From contig JAFYPA010000052.1 in the NCBI GenBank assembly GCA_017560085.1, positions 65,928 to 129,927 on the forward strand: a DNA stretch of 64,000 bases, given 5' to 3'. The notes under the pieces were generated by a model, which was given only the letters and a program-made list of their open reading frames with translations, was not told the DNA's origin and made no database searches. Positions 26,474 to 38,300 of this stretch are shown in pieces. Position 1 is the first letter of the stretch. Each line of letters begins with the position of its first letter. The DNA comes from Clostridia bacterium (GTDB taxonomy: Bacteria; Bacillota; Clostridia; Oscillospirales; CAG-382). Made by a program: the position numbers and the translations under genes.

Positions 26474-26693
26474 ATTATCGTACCTTTCAAAAAATTATTG
26501 CATCATAATACATCATATTAATATTACCATATATTTTTTGTTTTGTCAAGAAAATCACGAAAAATTCCATTAACAAATAACAAGACAAATGTAAAAATTC
26601 AGATTATTTTTGATAAATTTATCTAATTACATTGAATATGACGAAAAAAGGTGATATTATAGTGTTGTTATATTAAAACTCAAGGAGAACATT

Positions 26694-27245
26694 ATGGAGC
26701 TTAAAATAGAAAAAGGAAGACCCGCGGACATATCCGACAGACTTCCGAAGGAAATAAAGGTTTACGATTATCTCGACGGTCTCGGCATTGAATACGACAG
26801 AGTAGACCACGCCGCCTACGACACTATGAAGGATTGCACCGCTACGGACGAGCTTCTCGGTGTGGGTACGGTCAAGAATCTTCTTCTTTGCAACTCGCAG
26901 AAGACGGAGTTTTATATGCTTCTTATGCCTGCGGACAAGAAGTTCAAGACAAAGGAGCTTTCAAAGCAGATTGGCTCCGCAAGGCTTTCCTTTGCAAGCG
27001 GTGAGCTTATGGAGGAGCTTCTTGATATCACTCCCGGCTCTCTTACAATTCTCGGTCTTATCAACGATTCCGACAAGAGAGTGCGCCTTCTTATTGACAG
27101 AGATGTAATGCAGAGCGAATATATCGTTGCTCATCCTTGCATCAACACATCCAGCCTCAAGATTAAGACAGACGACATTATGAAGGTATTTCTGCCTTCT
27201 CTCAAGAGAGACCCGATTTTCGTAGAGCTTTTCGGTGAGGACTAA
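26694..27245 (+). CDS. YbaK/ProX-like aminoacyl-tRNA deacylase domain protein
   Basis: 183 aa with the YbaK-type pattern KNLLLCNSQ...FYMLLMPADKKF..KELSKQIG. Confidence 0.55.
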   Translation: MELKIEKGRPADISDRLPKEIKVYDYLDGLGIEYDRVDHAAYDTMKDCTATDELLGVGTVKNLLLCNSQKTEFYMLLMPADKKFKTKELSKQIGSARLSFASGELMEELLDITPGSLTILGLINDSDKRVRLLIDRDVMQSEYIVAHPCINTSSLKIKTDDIMKVFLPSLKRDPIFVELFGED

Positions 27246-27248
27246 GAT

Positions 27249-28286
27249 ATGATAAGATTCAACAGCGACTATACCGAGGGCGCACTTCCCGAAATTCTCG
27301 ATGCGCTCGTAAAGACAAATTTCGAGCAGACCACAGGCTACGGCGAGGATGAGTACTGTGCCGAAGCAAGGGAATATATAAAGTCCGCCTGCAATGCACC
27401 GAGCTCTGATGTGCATTTCCTTGTGGGAGGCACACAGACAAATCTCACCGTCATCTCTTCCCTGCTTCGCCCCTATCAGGCGGTGCTCTGTGCGGATAGC
27501 GGGCATATAAACACACACGAAACGGGAGCAATCGAGGCTACCGGTCACAAGGTTATGACGGTACAGGGAAACCTCGGTAAGATATGTGCCGATGATGTTT
27601 ACAAAGCCTACAGAGCACATTTTGAGGACGAGTCCCGTGAGCATATAACTCAGCCGAAGGTTGTATACATCTCACATCCCACCGAATGGGGTACGCTATA
27701 TAGCAAAAGAGAGCTTGAGGAAATATCCGAGGCATGCAAAAAGTGTAATTTCTATCTGTATCTTGACGGTGCAAGGCTCGGCTACGGACTTGTGGCAGAG
27801 GGTACGGACGTTACCCTTCCCGACCTCGCAAGACTTTGCGACTGCTTCTATATTGGCGGTACAAAGTGCGGTGCGCTTTTTGGTGAGGCTGTGGTTATAA
27901 CCAACGACGAAATCAAGGCAGATTTTCGCTATTGTATAAAGCAGAAGGGTGCGCTACTTGCAAAGGGCAGACTTCTGGGGATTCAGTTCTGCGAGCTTTT
28001 CAAAGACGGGCTTTACGAGAGAGCCTGCAAGAACGCAAATGTACTTGCGCTCAGGATAAGAAACGCCTTTGCCGAATGCGGATTTGAGTTTTACTTCGAC
28101 TCGGTTACCAATCAGCAGTTCCCCATTTTCACAAAAGAGGAAATCGATACACTGTCCGCCAAATACGGCTTTTTGCCTATTGAAAAGCTTGACGAATCCC
28201 GCACGGCGGTGAGATTCTGCACAAGCTGGGCAACAAGGGACGAGGATGTCGATGCGCTCATTCGTGACATAAAAATGCTTAAGTGA
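27249..28286 (+). CDS. Threonine aldolase / beta-eliminating lyase family PLP enzyme
   Basis: N-terminus FNSDYTEG, GGTQTNL, and PLP-lysine context YIGGTKCGA. Confidence 0.65.
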   Translation: MIRFNSDYTEGALPEILDALVKTNFEQTTGYGEDEYCAEAREYIKSACNAPSSDVHFLVGGTQTNLTVISSLLRPYQAVLCADSGHINTHETGAIEATGHKVMTVQGNLGKICADDVYKAYRAHFEDESREHITQPKVVYISHPTEWGTLYSKRELEEISEACKKCNFYLYLDGARLGYGLVAEGTDVTLPDLARLCDCFYIGGTKCGALFGEAVVITNDEIKADFRYCIKQKGALLAKGRLLGIQFCELFKDGLYERACKNANVLALRIRNAFAECGFEFYFDSVTNQQFPIFTKEEIDTLSAKYGFLPIEKLDESRTAVRFCTSWATRDEDVDALIRDIKMLK

Positions 28287-28295
28287 GGTCAAAAG

Positions 28296-29162
28296 GTGTA
28301 CATCTACAAAAAAGAGCGACAGATACCCAACGATGACATAAGCGTTTTCAAGGGTCATTGCGGCACAGACAGAAAAAAGACCTGTCATCTTCACGAATTC
28401 GTGGAGCTTGTTTACATTGTTTCGGGAAGCGGAACGCAGTACATCGGGGATAAGGAATACAAGGTTAAGCACGGCGATTTGCTGTACATAAACTTCGGTC
28501 AGAGCCACGGATTTGTGACGGATTCGGAATTTGATTTTGTAAACATACTGATAAACCCTGTTTTTCTCAGCCGTGAGCTTGTGAATTCGGAGAACATAGA
28601 GGAAATATTCGCGCTGTCCCTTTTCGAGGAATTCGGCTCGGAGCACGATTTTTTAAGGCAGTCGGTTTCCTTCTCGGGAAGAGAGCTTCAGGAAATAGAC
28701 AACGCGGTGAACGCAATGCTGACGGAATATGCGGAAAAGAAGCTGGGCTACCGAAGCACACTTCGCGGTTATCTGCAGGTTATATTCTCCCTTCTTCTGC
28801 GGAATCTTTCAAGGAAAGCCAACACGGACGACGGTGGTATTCTCGACCTTCCCGCGGACATAGCATCCTACATTGAGGAAAACTGCTTTGACAAAATAAC
28901 TCTTGCCGACATTGCGGGCATGAGCTTCTACAACCCCGCCTATTTCGGACGGCTTCTGAAAAAGCACTACGGCAAGTCCTTTTCCGCCTACATAAAGGAA
29001 AAACGAATGGATAAAGCCGCAGAGCTTCTGTGCGACAAGGGCAGGACGGTAGATGATGTAATCTCCGTCGTGGGCTACAGCGACAGAAAGCTTTTCTATA
29101 AGCACTTCAAGGAAACCTTCGGAAAAACTCCAAAGGAATACCGAGATTCAAAGAACATATAA
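28296..29162 (+). CDS. AraC-family transcriptional regulator (cupin sensor + HTH)
   Basis: GTG start with a GAGG SD. The N-terminal cupin has HLHEFVELVYIVSG. The C-terminal AraC double HTH ends FKETFGKTPKEYR. Confidence 0.85.
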   Translation: MYIYKKERQIPNDDISVFKGHCGTDRKKTCHLHEFVELVYIVSGSGTQYIGDKEYKVKHGDLLYINFGQSHGFVTDSEFDFVNILINPVFLSRELVNSENIEEIFALSLFEEFGSEHDFLRQSVSFSGRELQEIDNAVNAMLTEYAEKKLGYRSTLRGYLQVIFSLLLRNLSRKANTDDGGILDLPADIASYIEENCFDKITLADIAGMSFYNPAYFGRLLKKHYGKSFSAYIKEKRMDKAAELLCDKGRTVDDVISVVGYSDRKLFYKHFKETFGKTPKEYRDSKNI

Positions 29163-29183
29163 CCAACAACAGAACATCCTCAC

Positions 29184-29211
29184 AGCCACGCAGAAATGCG
29201 TGGCTTTTTTT
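29184..29211 (+). terminator. Intrinsic terminator after the AraC gene
   Basis: AGCCACGC agaaat GCGTGGCT followed by TTTTTTT. Confidence 0.8.
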
Positions 29212-29261
29212 ATGCCGTCAATGCACATTCACAGCTTTCAATTTCAAATCCCCCACATCCG

Positions 29262-29293
29262 ATTATGCATTATGCATTATGAATTATGCATTA
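29262..29293 (+). repeat. Tandem heptamer array, 4.5 copies (ATTATGC ATTATGC ATTATGA ATTATGC ATTA)
   Basis: Same heptamer as the 16690-16724 array but on the plus strand. It lies between two terminators with no gene downstream. Confidence 0.9.
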
Positions 29294-29327
29294 AAAAATC
29301 CATCCCCTGCCGAAGCAGAGGATGGAT
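29293..29327 (-). terminator. Intrinsic terminator of the giant surface-protein gene (also readable on the plus strand)
   Basis: The minus strand reads ATCCATCCTCTGC ttcg GCAGGGGATGGAT followed by TTTTT. It lies 30 nt after the stop at 29359-29361. Confidence 0.75.
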
Positions 29328-29358
29328 CTTTTATTTGATTCCGATGAAAAATCAGGAA

Positions 29359-32300
29359 TTACTTAAGGTTGCTGCCACTTACAGTACCGAAGTTTGCCTT
29401 AACGATACCGAGGTCGGTTACGTTAACTGCGCCGTCTTCGTTGATGTCAACTGTGCTCTTGTACTCATCTGTAGCTGCGGAGTCGAATGCTCTTACAACT
29501 CTGATGAAGTCGGAGAGATCAACTGTGCCGTCACCGCAGATTGCAGTGGTGGATTCCTTGATGTCACCGCCGAGTACTGTAATCTCAACAACGTTGCCTG
29601 CCGCAGATACGGTAACCTCTTCAAGTGCTGTGACGTAACCGTTCTTAGCAACCTTGATCACGATTGTATCGCCAACCTTTGCATCCTTGAATACATATTC
29701 AAGAGTTGCTTCTGTGTTGCCTATATCATCAATTACTACAGGTTCATCAAGGTCCTTCCAAATGTAACCGATGTTGGAAACTGTTTCGCCATCCTTGTCA
29801 TCGAAGGTTACGATAACCTTAACGTCAGCAGTTGTGATTTCAAGCTCTGTATCTGCATGTGTTGTGTAAGCTGTTGCAACTCTTGTTACTTCGAGACCGT
29901 CTACATAGAGAGCCACGAGGTAGTTGCCTTCTGCGTCAACATACTTTTCAGCATCTTCAACGTCTGCGATATCGAGAAGCTCGAATGCAGGAGTGCCTGC
30001 TGCTTCGTAAGCTGCTCTCTGGTCTTCTGTCATCTTAGCAGCGATTGTTGCGATAACAACCTCTTCTGTTGCATCGATGTAGCCGTCTGCATCATTTGCG
30101 GAGCCGTCCCATACGAATGCTACGCCGTCTTCGCTCATAGCAAGCTCAATGCCGAGGTAGTTTGCAATACCTTCTGCAAGAACAAGTGCGTTGGAAGCAT
30201 CAGGATCGAATGTCATGTAGTCGCTGTTGAATGCGATACCGAATGCACCTGCGTTAACCTTACCGCCCTTGTAAGCAACCTTGATTGTGTAGTCGCCTGT
30301 TACGGGGTTGTAGTTACCGTATGTCTTGTATTCGTAGTCAGCTTCAACAACTGCTTCGATGATGTCATCCTTGTGAGCTGTGTATACAACTGCAATCTTA
30401 TCTGTGTCGAGGCCATTTGTGTAAGGAGCTACGAGGTAGTTTGTACCGTTGAAGTACTTAGGATCTGCGTCTGCCGAAACAACATATTCAAGGAACTTGT
30501 CCGGGAAGGAAGCTGTTGCATTGAGTACGAATGTTGCAATGAGAACCTCTTCGTTTGTTGCATCAATGTATCCGGGAGCTTCTTCGATTGCCCATGTGTT
30601 TGCGTAGTAGTCATCGCCCTTTGCAAAGATGGGAGATACTGCTGTACCTATTTCGGAGAAGAGTGTTACGCCTTCTGCAGGAATTACTTCAACAAGTCCG
30701 GGAAGAACGAAGCCGAAGGAGCCCATGTGAGCCTTAACGTTTGTAATCTTGAGCTCAACTGTGTATGTGCCTGCTGCTTCATCGTATACACCGTATGTCT
30801 TGTATTCTGCGGGCTCAACGATTGTGCTCTTGAATACGGGAACGAGTGTTGTGTCTTCTGCGAATGTGAATTCATCAACAACGTCTGTTGTTCCTTCAAC
30901 AGCCCAGCCGAGGAATTCGTGGTCAGCCTTTTCGGGGGCTGTACCGTTGAATCTTACTGCTTCGCTGTTGAGTGCGTCGATTGCGTAGAGAACAGCGCCG
31001 TCTTCGCCCTTGAATGTTACTGTTGCAACTGTGGGTTCGGACTTGAAGAGGTACATGGAGTCAATGTATACATATTCTCCGTTAGCGGCAAGTGCGCTTG
31101 CCTTAACCTCGTTCATAGGTCTTATGTGGAACTGGATGGAGAGGTCGGGAGTCTTGCCGTCTGCTCTGTCCATCTTGTCTACTACATATGTCCACTTGCC
31201 TGCTTCCATATCAACGCTGAGCATATCAGCCGCTACAAGAGTTGTATTCTCCCAAGGATGCTTCTGATACCAAACGTTGAACTTTCTTGTTTCTGTGTTC
31301 ACGCCGGGAACATAGTAGTATCTGTATACTGCGTATTCGTAAATTGCGGGGTTAAGAACTGTGCTGTTAGCACCTGTTGAGTAGTTGAGAGGATATCTGC
31401 CGGAGCCTTCGATATTGATAGAGGTTGTTGTTGCGTTACCTTCGCTACCGGGGATAATCTTAACTGCTTCAACGCCATCAATTGTTGCGTTTTCTCTTGT
31501 AAATACGCCTGCTACATTGTTAACTACACCGAGGTCTGCTGCAACATAGTTCTTGTATGCCGATTCGGGCATTGCGATTTCGTTGAATGTTGCTGTAAGT
31601 GTTGCGCCACCTGCGGGAGCTGTGTATGTAGCATCAACGTCAGCTGTGCCGTCGTTCCAAGCCTTGAATGTGTAGTAAGCATCCTTTGTGGGAGCGGGAA
31701 CTGTTGTTACTGCGGGGAATGTTACTGCCGCGCCTACCTGGTATTCTGCTTCTGTTTCTGTGCCGTTTACAACGAACTTAACAATTGCATACTCAACCTC
31801 TTCTTCAACAGTTACGAATTCAACTGTATGTTCGCCTGCTGTTGTGATGCCTGTGATGATGTCGTTTGTATAGTTTTCAAGGAGGATTGCTTCGCCACCG
31901 TCAATCTTAACAGCGTTTGCTGTGGAATCTGCGGGAAGCTCGTATGTGAAGCCCTTGAGAACTATTGCCTTACCCCAGTTGGAGTCAATATTTGTACGAT
32001 CTGCGGGATATGTTTCCTGTGCGTTTGTAGCAGCGTGGAGCTTACCGCCGATTGCCTTAACTACGATTGCGCCTGTATCTGTTACATTTGCAGTCATATT
32101 GTTGTTAAGGATTACTACTCTTGTAGCATCGTCGGGATCAGCCGCACCTGTCTGCTTGTTTGTACCAACCTGGATTTTGCCGATTGTACCGCCGTTATAT
32201 TCAACTACGGTTACACCTGCACGAACAGAAGCTGTCTGAGACTTATCTGTGTCGTAAACCTTGGATACGGAGGAGCCTGTGATTGTGATATCACCTACTG

Positions 32301-35300
32301 TACCGTCGTTGATTGTGAAGTATCTGAGACCGGAGTAGTTTGTAACAGCAGTATCAGCAGAAGAACCGAGGTTGATGTAGCCTACAGAACCGCCGTTGAC
32401 ATTAACATTGTTGATACCGTATACAGCCTGATTACCCTTCCAGCCGTGACCGTTTCTGATTGCACCTACTTCACCACCGTAAACGTTGATTGTAGATGTA
32501 CCTCTGTAGGTCTGACCGGACTGAACACCAAGGTCAACTCTTCCGAATGTACCGCTCTTGATATTGATAATACCGTTATCCTTGAGCTGGTTGTTGTAGT
32601 GGAGGAAGCCTATCTTCTGTCCGTTGACTGTTAAGTTTTCACCGAAGGTGAGCTCATAACCCATAGACATGATACCGCCGTCACCACTGGATGCATTAAT
32701 CTCAAGGTTGTTGAATTCGATGTCGTTGCCGAGTCTGAGGTGAGAGTCGCTGCTGCCGTACTTCATGTCGAATACGGATTCAACTGTCTGACCTGTGATT
32801 GTAATCTTTCTGTTTGCGCCCTTGAGGAAGTCATTTGTAGAAGAAGCAGACTCATTGCTCTTGGAGTATGTACCAACTACAACGATTGTGTCGATGTCTT
32901 CATTTGCAAGAACAACTTCCTGTGCTCTCTTAAGAGTCTTAACGAGAGTTGCGGGTGTAAGACCATCGTTTGTATCAGCACCTGCGTCGCCGAGGTATAC
33001 AGCGTTTTCGAATGTTCTTACTGTTGCTTCCCAAACTGCTGTGTATGTTGCACCTGCAGATGTGATAGCTGTAAGCTCGGGAGTCCAGCCCTTGAATGTG
33101 TAGCCGTCCTTTGTGGGAGCCGCGGGAGCTACGGGAGTTTCGTCAATCTTTGTTTCAACTGTTACAGTTGCTGCGCCGTCTGCAAACTTACCACCGTTAG
33201 CGTCAAAGATTGCATTTGCGGATGTAACAACACTTACAGTTGTGAATTCAGCAGTATTAACACCTGCAACGAACTTGGATGCAGGGATTACACCGTTAAG
33301 GTCTTCGAGAAGCATTGTTTCTTCGCCAACCTTAACAGCATTTGCTGCAGAGCCTTCGGGAAGCTCGTATGTATAGCCGTTGTGTGTTGTTGTTACAAAA
33401 TCGTTTGCAACAGTAACGTCTGCGTGAAGCTTTGCGCCAATTGCCTTGATTACGATTGCATCTGCATCTGTAACCTTGCCTTCAACGTAGGAGTCGTTGT
33501 TGTAGATTACGATTCTCTTTGCATCGGGGTCGTCTGCCTTACCCTTTGTGATGCTACCCTCGAGAATGCCGGGAGCATTGATTTCAATTACGGTTACACC
33601 TGTTGCGGTGCTTGTCTTTGAACCGTCTTTATTTGAATCCTTGGATGTAATGGTCATATTGCCTGTTACCTTACCGCCGTTAAGGGTGAAGTAACGGAGA
33701 CCGTTGTAGCTGTTAACAGCTGCATCTGTAGCACTGTCAAGGTTGAATGCCTCGATTGTACCGCTGTTAAGGATTACCTTACCTGTACCATTGAATGTCT
33801 GCTTTGTACCGGAGCCGTGACCGAACTTGACGCTGCCAACGGTAGCACCATCGATAACTATTGTGGATGTACCGTAGTAGCTGCCGTCTGTCCAGTTACC
33901 AACATGAACAGAACCCCATGTACCTGCCTTGAGGGTGATTGTAGAATCAGCTGCGGTTTCAAGCTTGTTGCCTCCGTAGTAGAACTGGGAGAGTCTTGCG
34001 TTTGTAACAACGCCTGTACCGATTGTGATATCGTTACCCTGAGCCATGAAGCGACCGTCGCCATCCTTAATCTTGATGGTTACATTGTCATAGTCAACAG
34101 AGCCTGTGTGTCTGAGGTGACCTGCGCTTACGTCGAATACGTCGGAAGAGCCGTTGTAACCTCTAACCTTGATTGTCTTGCCTGCTACACCGAATGTAAT
34201 TGCATCGGAGTTGAGCTGACCGTTACCGATAACATAGAGAGTGTCAAGGCCTTCTGTCTTAAGAAGTGTTTCAGCCTTGGAAAGTGTCTTTACTGCGAAC
34301 TTGGATGTACGTCCGTGGTTTGCATCGTCACCTGCGGTTGCGTTTACATAAACTGCGTTTGCTTCTTCGTAGCCGATGATGTAAGGTGTGAAGTCGTAGT
34401 TGTTTGCGCTATATTCGTCGCTGAAGAATGCGTAGCCTGCGATGTCATAGTAGAAGTCAGCTCTGATCTTATCTGTCTGTACTTCACCGAGGAGTCTCAT
34501 ATGCATCTGCTTGAAGTCTTTGAGACCTGCCTTTTCCATCTTGATAACAACGCGTTCCCATGTGCCGTCAGCCTTAAGAGGTGCGGAAGCATAGTATCTG
34601 TCGCCGATGCCTGTACCCTGGAGAGGACGAATGTTGGGAGTACCGGTCTGGTTGGTTCTCATAATAACCACATAATATACAAGACCGTTTTCAACTGTCA
34701 TACCGAGGTTTGCATAAGAGTCGCAGTATGTTTCTGCGGGTGTTGCGGGAGCTGTGCCGTCCTTGAATGCATATCTCTTGTATACATATCTTGTTTCGGC
34801 ATCTGTGCCCGTTGTAACGGACATATTGCTTCCGGAAGCAGTATAGAAGTGTGTGAATGTGTTTGCTGCAAACATCTTCACGGGCTCGTTTACAACGAGA
34901 GCTTCCCAAACTGCTGTGTATGTTGCGCCTTCAGCTGTGATTGCTGTAAGCTCGGGAGACCATCCCTTGAATGTGAAGCCTGCCTTTGCGGGAGCTTCGG
35001 GAGCTACGGGAACCTCACCGATTGTTGTTACAACTGTCTTTGTTGTTTCTTCGCCCCAAGCACCGCCGTTTGCGTTGAATGTTGCGTTTGCTGTTGTGGG
35101 AGCTACGGGAGCGTCTTCCCAAACGTAAACTGCGAGAATCTGTGCAGCCTTGATTGTGCTGTTGTCAAAGTCTGCGGGAGCAGCGTACTTGATGATGTCG
35201 CCTTCTGCAAGGTCTGCCTTGAAGGAAACAACGAAGTCTGCTGTGCCTTCCTTAACTGTAGCAAGGTTAAGTGTACCTGCAACATCGCCTGCTTCGAGGT

Positions 35301-38300
35301 AGAAGCCTCTCTTTGTGGAAGCAGAGGGAGATGCATTGATTACGTATGCTACGTTGATGTCTTCGCCTGTGATGGGTGTTTCAAAGCCGAGGTACTTACC
35401 GTCATTCCACTTGTACCATGTGCTTACAACACCTTCGGGGAAGAGTACGGATGTTACGTTGCCGCTTGTTCCGTAGTAGCTGGATGTTGTTGTCTTGCCT
35501 GTAGAGCCTTCTGTATCCTTTGCAAGACCGGGAACTGCGAGAGCGGAGTTAACCGTTGTGTAAACTGTACCGTCTGCATTGTAGTTCTGTGCGAATGCAC
35601 CCTCGTACTTGTCGCCGTTCTTTGTTGTCTTGAATACTGTTGCATCTGCGGGGATGGGAGAGTTTGCAATGTCGGAAACGAGAGTAATTGTTACTTCACC
35701 GTCTGCGATCATATCAGCTTCTTCCCAAACTGCATAGTAGGATGCATCCTGAGTTGCTGCGAATTCGCCTGCAACGAGAACATCTGTAGAGCCCTGTGCC
35801 GCCCAACCCTTGAGGTAGTAACCGGGCTTTACGGGACGTGCAAATGTGTCGTTTGTAGCCGCATTTTCAAGACCCTTATCGGACCATACGGGGAGAACGT
35901 CTTCTGTTGCGCCGATTGCAACTGTCTTTTCTACGAAGAGTGTATCACCGTCATAGAACTTGAGTGTTGCTGTTGTGGGAGCATTTGCTTCCCAAACTGC
36001 TGTGTATGTTGCACCTGCAGCTGTGATAGCTGCAAGCTCGGGAGTCCAGCCCTTGAATGTGAAGCCTTCCTTTGCGGGTGCTTCGGGAGCTACGGGAACT
36101 TCACCGATTGTTGTTACAACTGTCTTTGTTGTTTCTTCGCCCCAAGCACCGCCGTTTGCGTTGAATACTGCATTTGCTGTTGTGGGAGCGAGTGTGCCTT
36201 CTGTAAGGAATTCAACTGTTGTTACGCCTTCAGCGAGAGCGAATGTAAGGTCTTCGAGGAGGTCAACTTCGTTACCTTCCACATCGTATTCCTTAACTGT
36301 GTCGCCGTTTGTAAGTCTTACATACTTAACGGAATCGTTGGGTGTAAGAACTACGGATGCATAGTCAGCGGAGTATGCAACGCCACCGAGGTTACCGTTG
36401 TACTTAACTGCGTAGGATGCACCTGTGATTGCACCAACTGTTGCCTTGTCTGTGTTAGCCTTGATAACGGACTTGCCCTTAACAACACCGGATGTTACTG
36501 TGATAGGACCTACAGTACCGTCCTGGATGTCGATGTATGCATTACCGCCAACTTCCTTACCGATGCTGATTTCACCTACATTAGCGTTGTCCTTGATTGT
36601 AATAGCAAGGTTGCCTGTCATGTAGGAGTATCCTTCTGCAAGAACAATCTTGGTAAGGTTTGCATTGTCCTTAACTGTAACTGTTGCGTTACCCTTAAGC
36701 TGTGCCTGAATGCCTTCCTTACCTACCTTACCTGCAACGACAAGGTATGCATTTGCATTCTTACCGAACACATAGTTAACGTCACCGTTTGTGAAGTTAC
36801 CACTCCAGCCGGAGCAACGAACCAATACCTTTGAGGGAGTTTCGATTGTAAGTGTGTTACCGTTAGATGTACCTGAGCCACCGTCAGCTGTAGCGTTTAC
36901 ATAAAGTGCGTTGGCGTCTGTTGATGTTGTTGTAAAGGTTTCTGTGAGTGTGAGGTTGTTACCGAATGCGTTAAGACCTCTTTCACCGTTACCCTTGTTG
37001 AATGCAACATTGTCGAGTATGATATCGGCATTCTTATCTGTACCGAATGTCACACTGTTTGTGCCCATGTTAATCGCACCGCCGGCGGATGTGATTACGA
37101 ATGTACCACCGTTGTGTGAAAGTGTGAGTGAGCCTGTGAGGTTAATATCCTTTTTAAGAGCAAATACTACCTTCTTGCCTTCAGCTGTCTTTTCCTTAAC
37201 AGGAGTAGAAATTACATCTGTTAAGTAAACAATTTCATAGCCTGCTGCTCTGTAAGCCGCGATGTGTGCAAGCTCGTCCTTAACAACAAACTCGATTGTG
37301 TTAACAGCACCCTCTGTGATCTTGTCAAGAGAGATTTCGCCGTTAAGATCTGCGAGCTCATATGTTGTGGATGTTTCGCCTGCTGTAATCTTGATAGCAT
37401 CAGCATCGCTGCTTGCGTTTGCTGTGTATGTGAACTTGTTGAGAGTTGCACTTGCGTAGTCTGCGGATACTGTTGTATCAGCCGCTACCTTACCGCCCTT
37501 AACATTAAGAACAGTAACAGGTCCTGAGGTTGTGCCGGGTTCAACGCCGTCGTTGAAGATTGCATAAACCTTGGAGTTTTCGTTATCGTTTGTGTGTTCC
37601 TTTACGATTTCAGAAACAGAACCCTTGTTAGCTGTGATAACCCAGAGAGCTTCTCTCTTTTCAGCTGTACCGATACCGGAGGAGTGTCTGCCTGTTGTAT
37701 TAATCTTTGTGATGGAGCCACCGTCAAGTGTGATTTCACGGAGACCGCTGTAGCTACCGATGGAGCCCTTACCGGAGCCACCGCCTGTTGCGTTAGCTGT
37801 GATTGTGCCAATCTTTGCATTGTCCTTGAGGTTAACTCTGATTGCGCCGTATGTCTTGATTACATTGTCGTAACCCTGACCGTGAGCGGAGAGTGTATTA
37901 ATTACTGTGTTACCTTCGAGGTTAACTGTTACATCACCCTTGAATGTCCAGCTACCGCTGTAGATACCGGGCATAACCTTATCGATTGTACCGCCCTTAA
38001 CGGTAATTGTGTTGAGCATGGGGCTGGGGATGTTACCGGAGTTGTTACCGCCTGCCGCATAGTAGAAGTTTGCGAGAACTGTGGCTGTACCGCTACCGAG
38101 TGTAAGATTACCGGAAGTGATACCTGCGAACTTCATGTTTGCGCCAACTGTGATATCGTGGTTTTCGAGTGTGAGCTTACCGTCCCATGTTGTCTGCTGC
38201 TGGAATGTGAAGTTATCCATTTCAACATCGCCCATGAGGTATGCACAGTATGCGGAGCAGTCGATGATGTCTGCAACATTGTCATCTGTGTAGCCGAGGT

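Noticed and set aside
26961-28646. Minus-strand ORFs 26961-27644 and 27954-28646
   Set aside because: They are antisense to the YbaK-like, threonine-aldolase-like and AraC genes, all of which have SD sites and clear motifs.
4791-29293. Heptamer arrays or the 203-bp repeats as CRISPR arrays or minisatellite mobile elements
   Set aside because: The units are 7 nt with no spacers, so they are not CRISPR. The 203-bp repeats are in-frame protein modules. There are no cas genes, transposase or terminal inverted repeats nearby.
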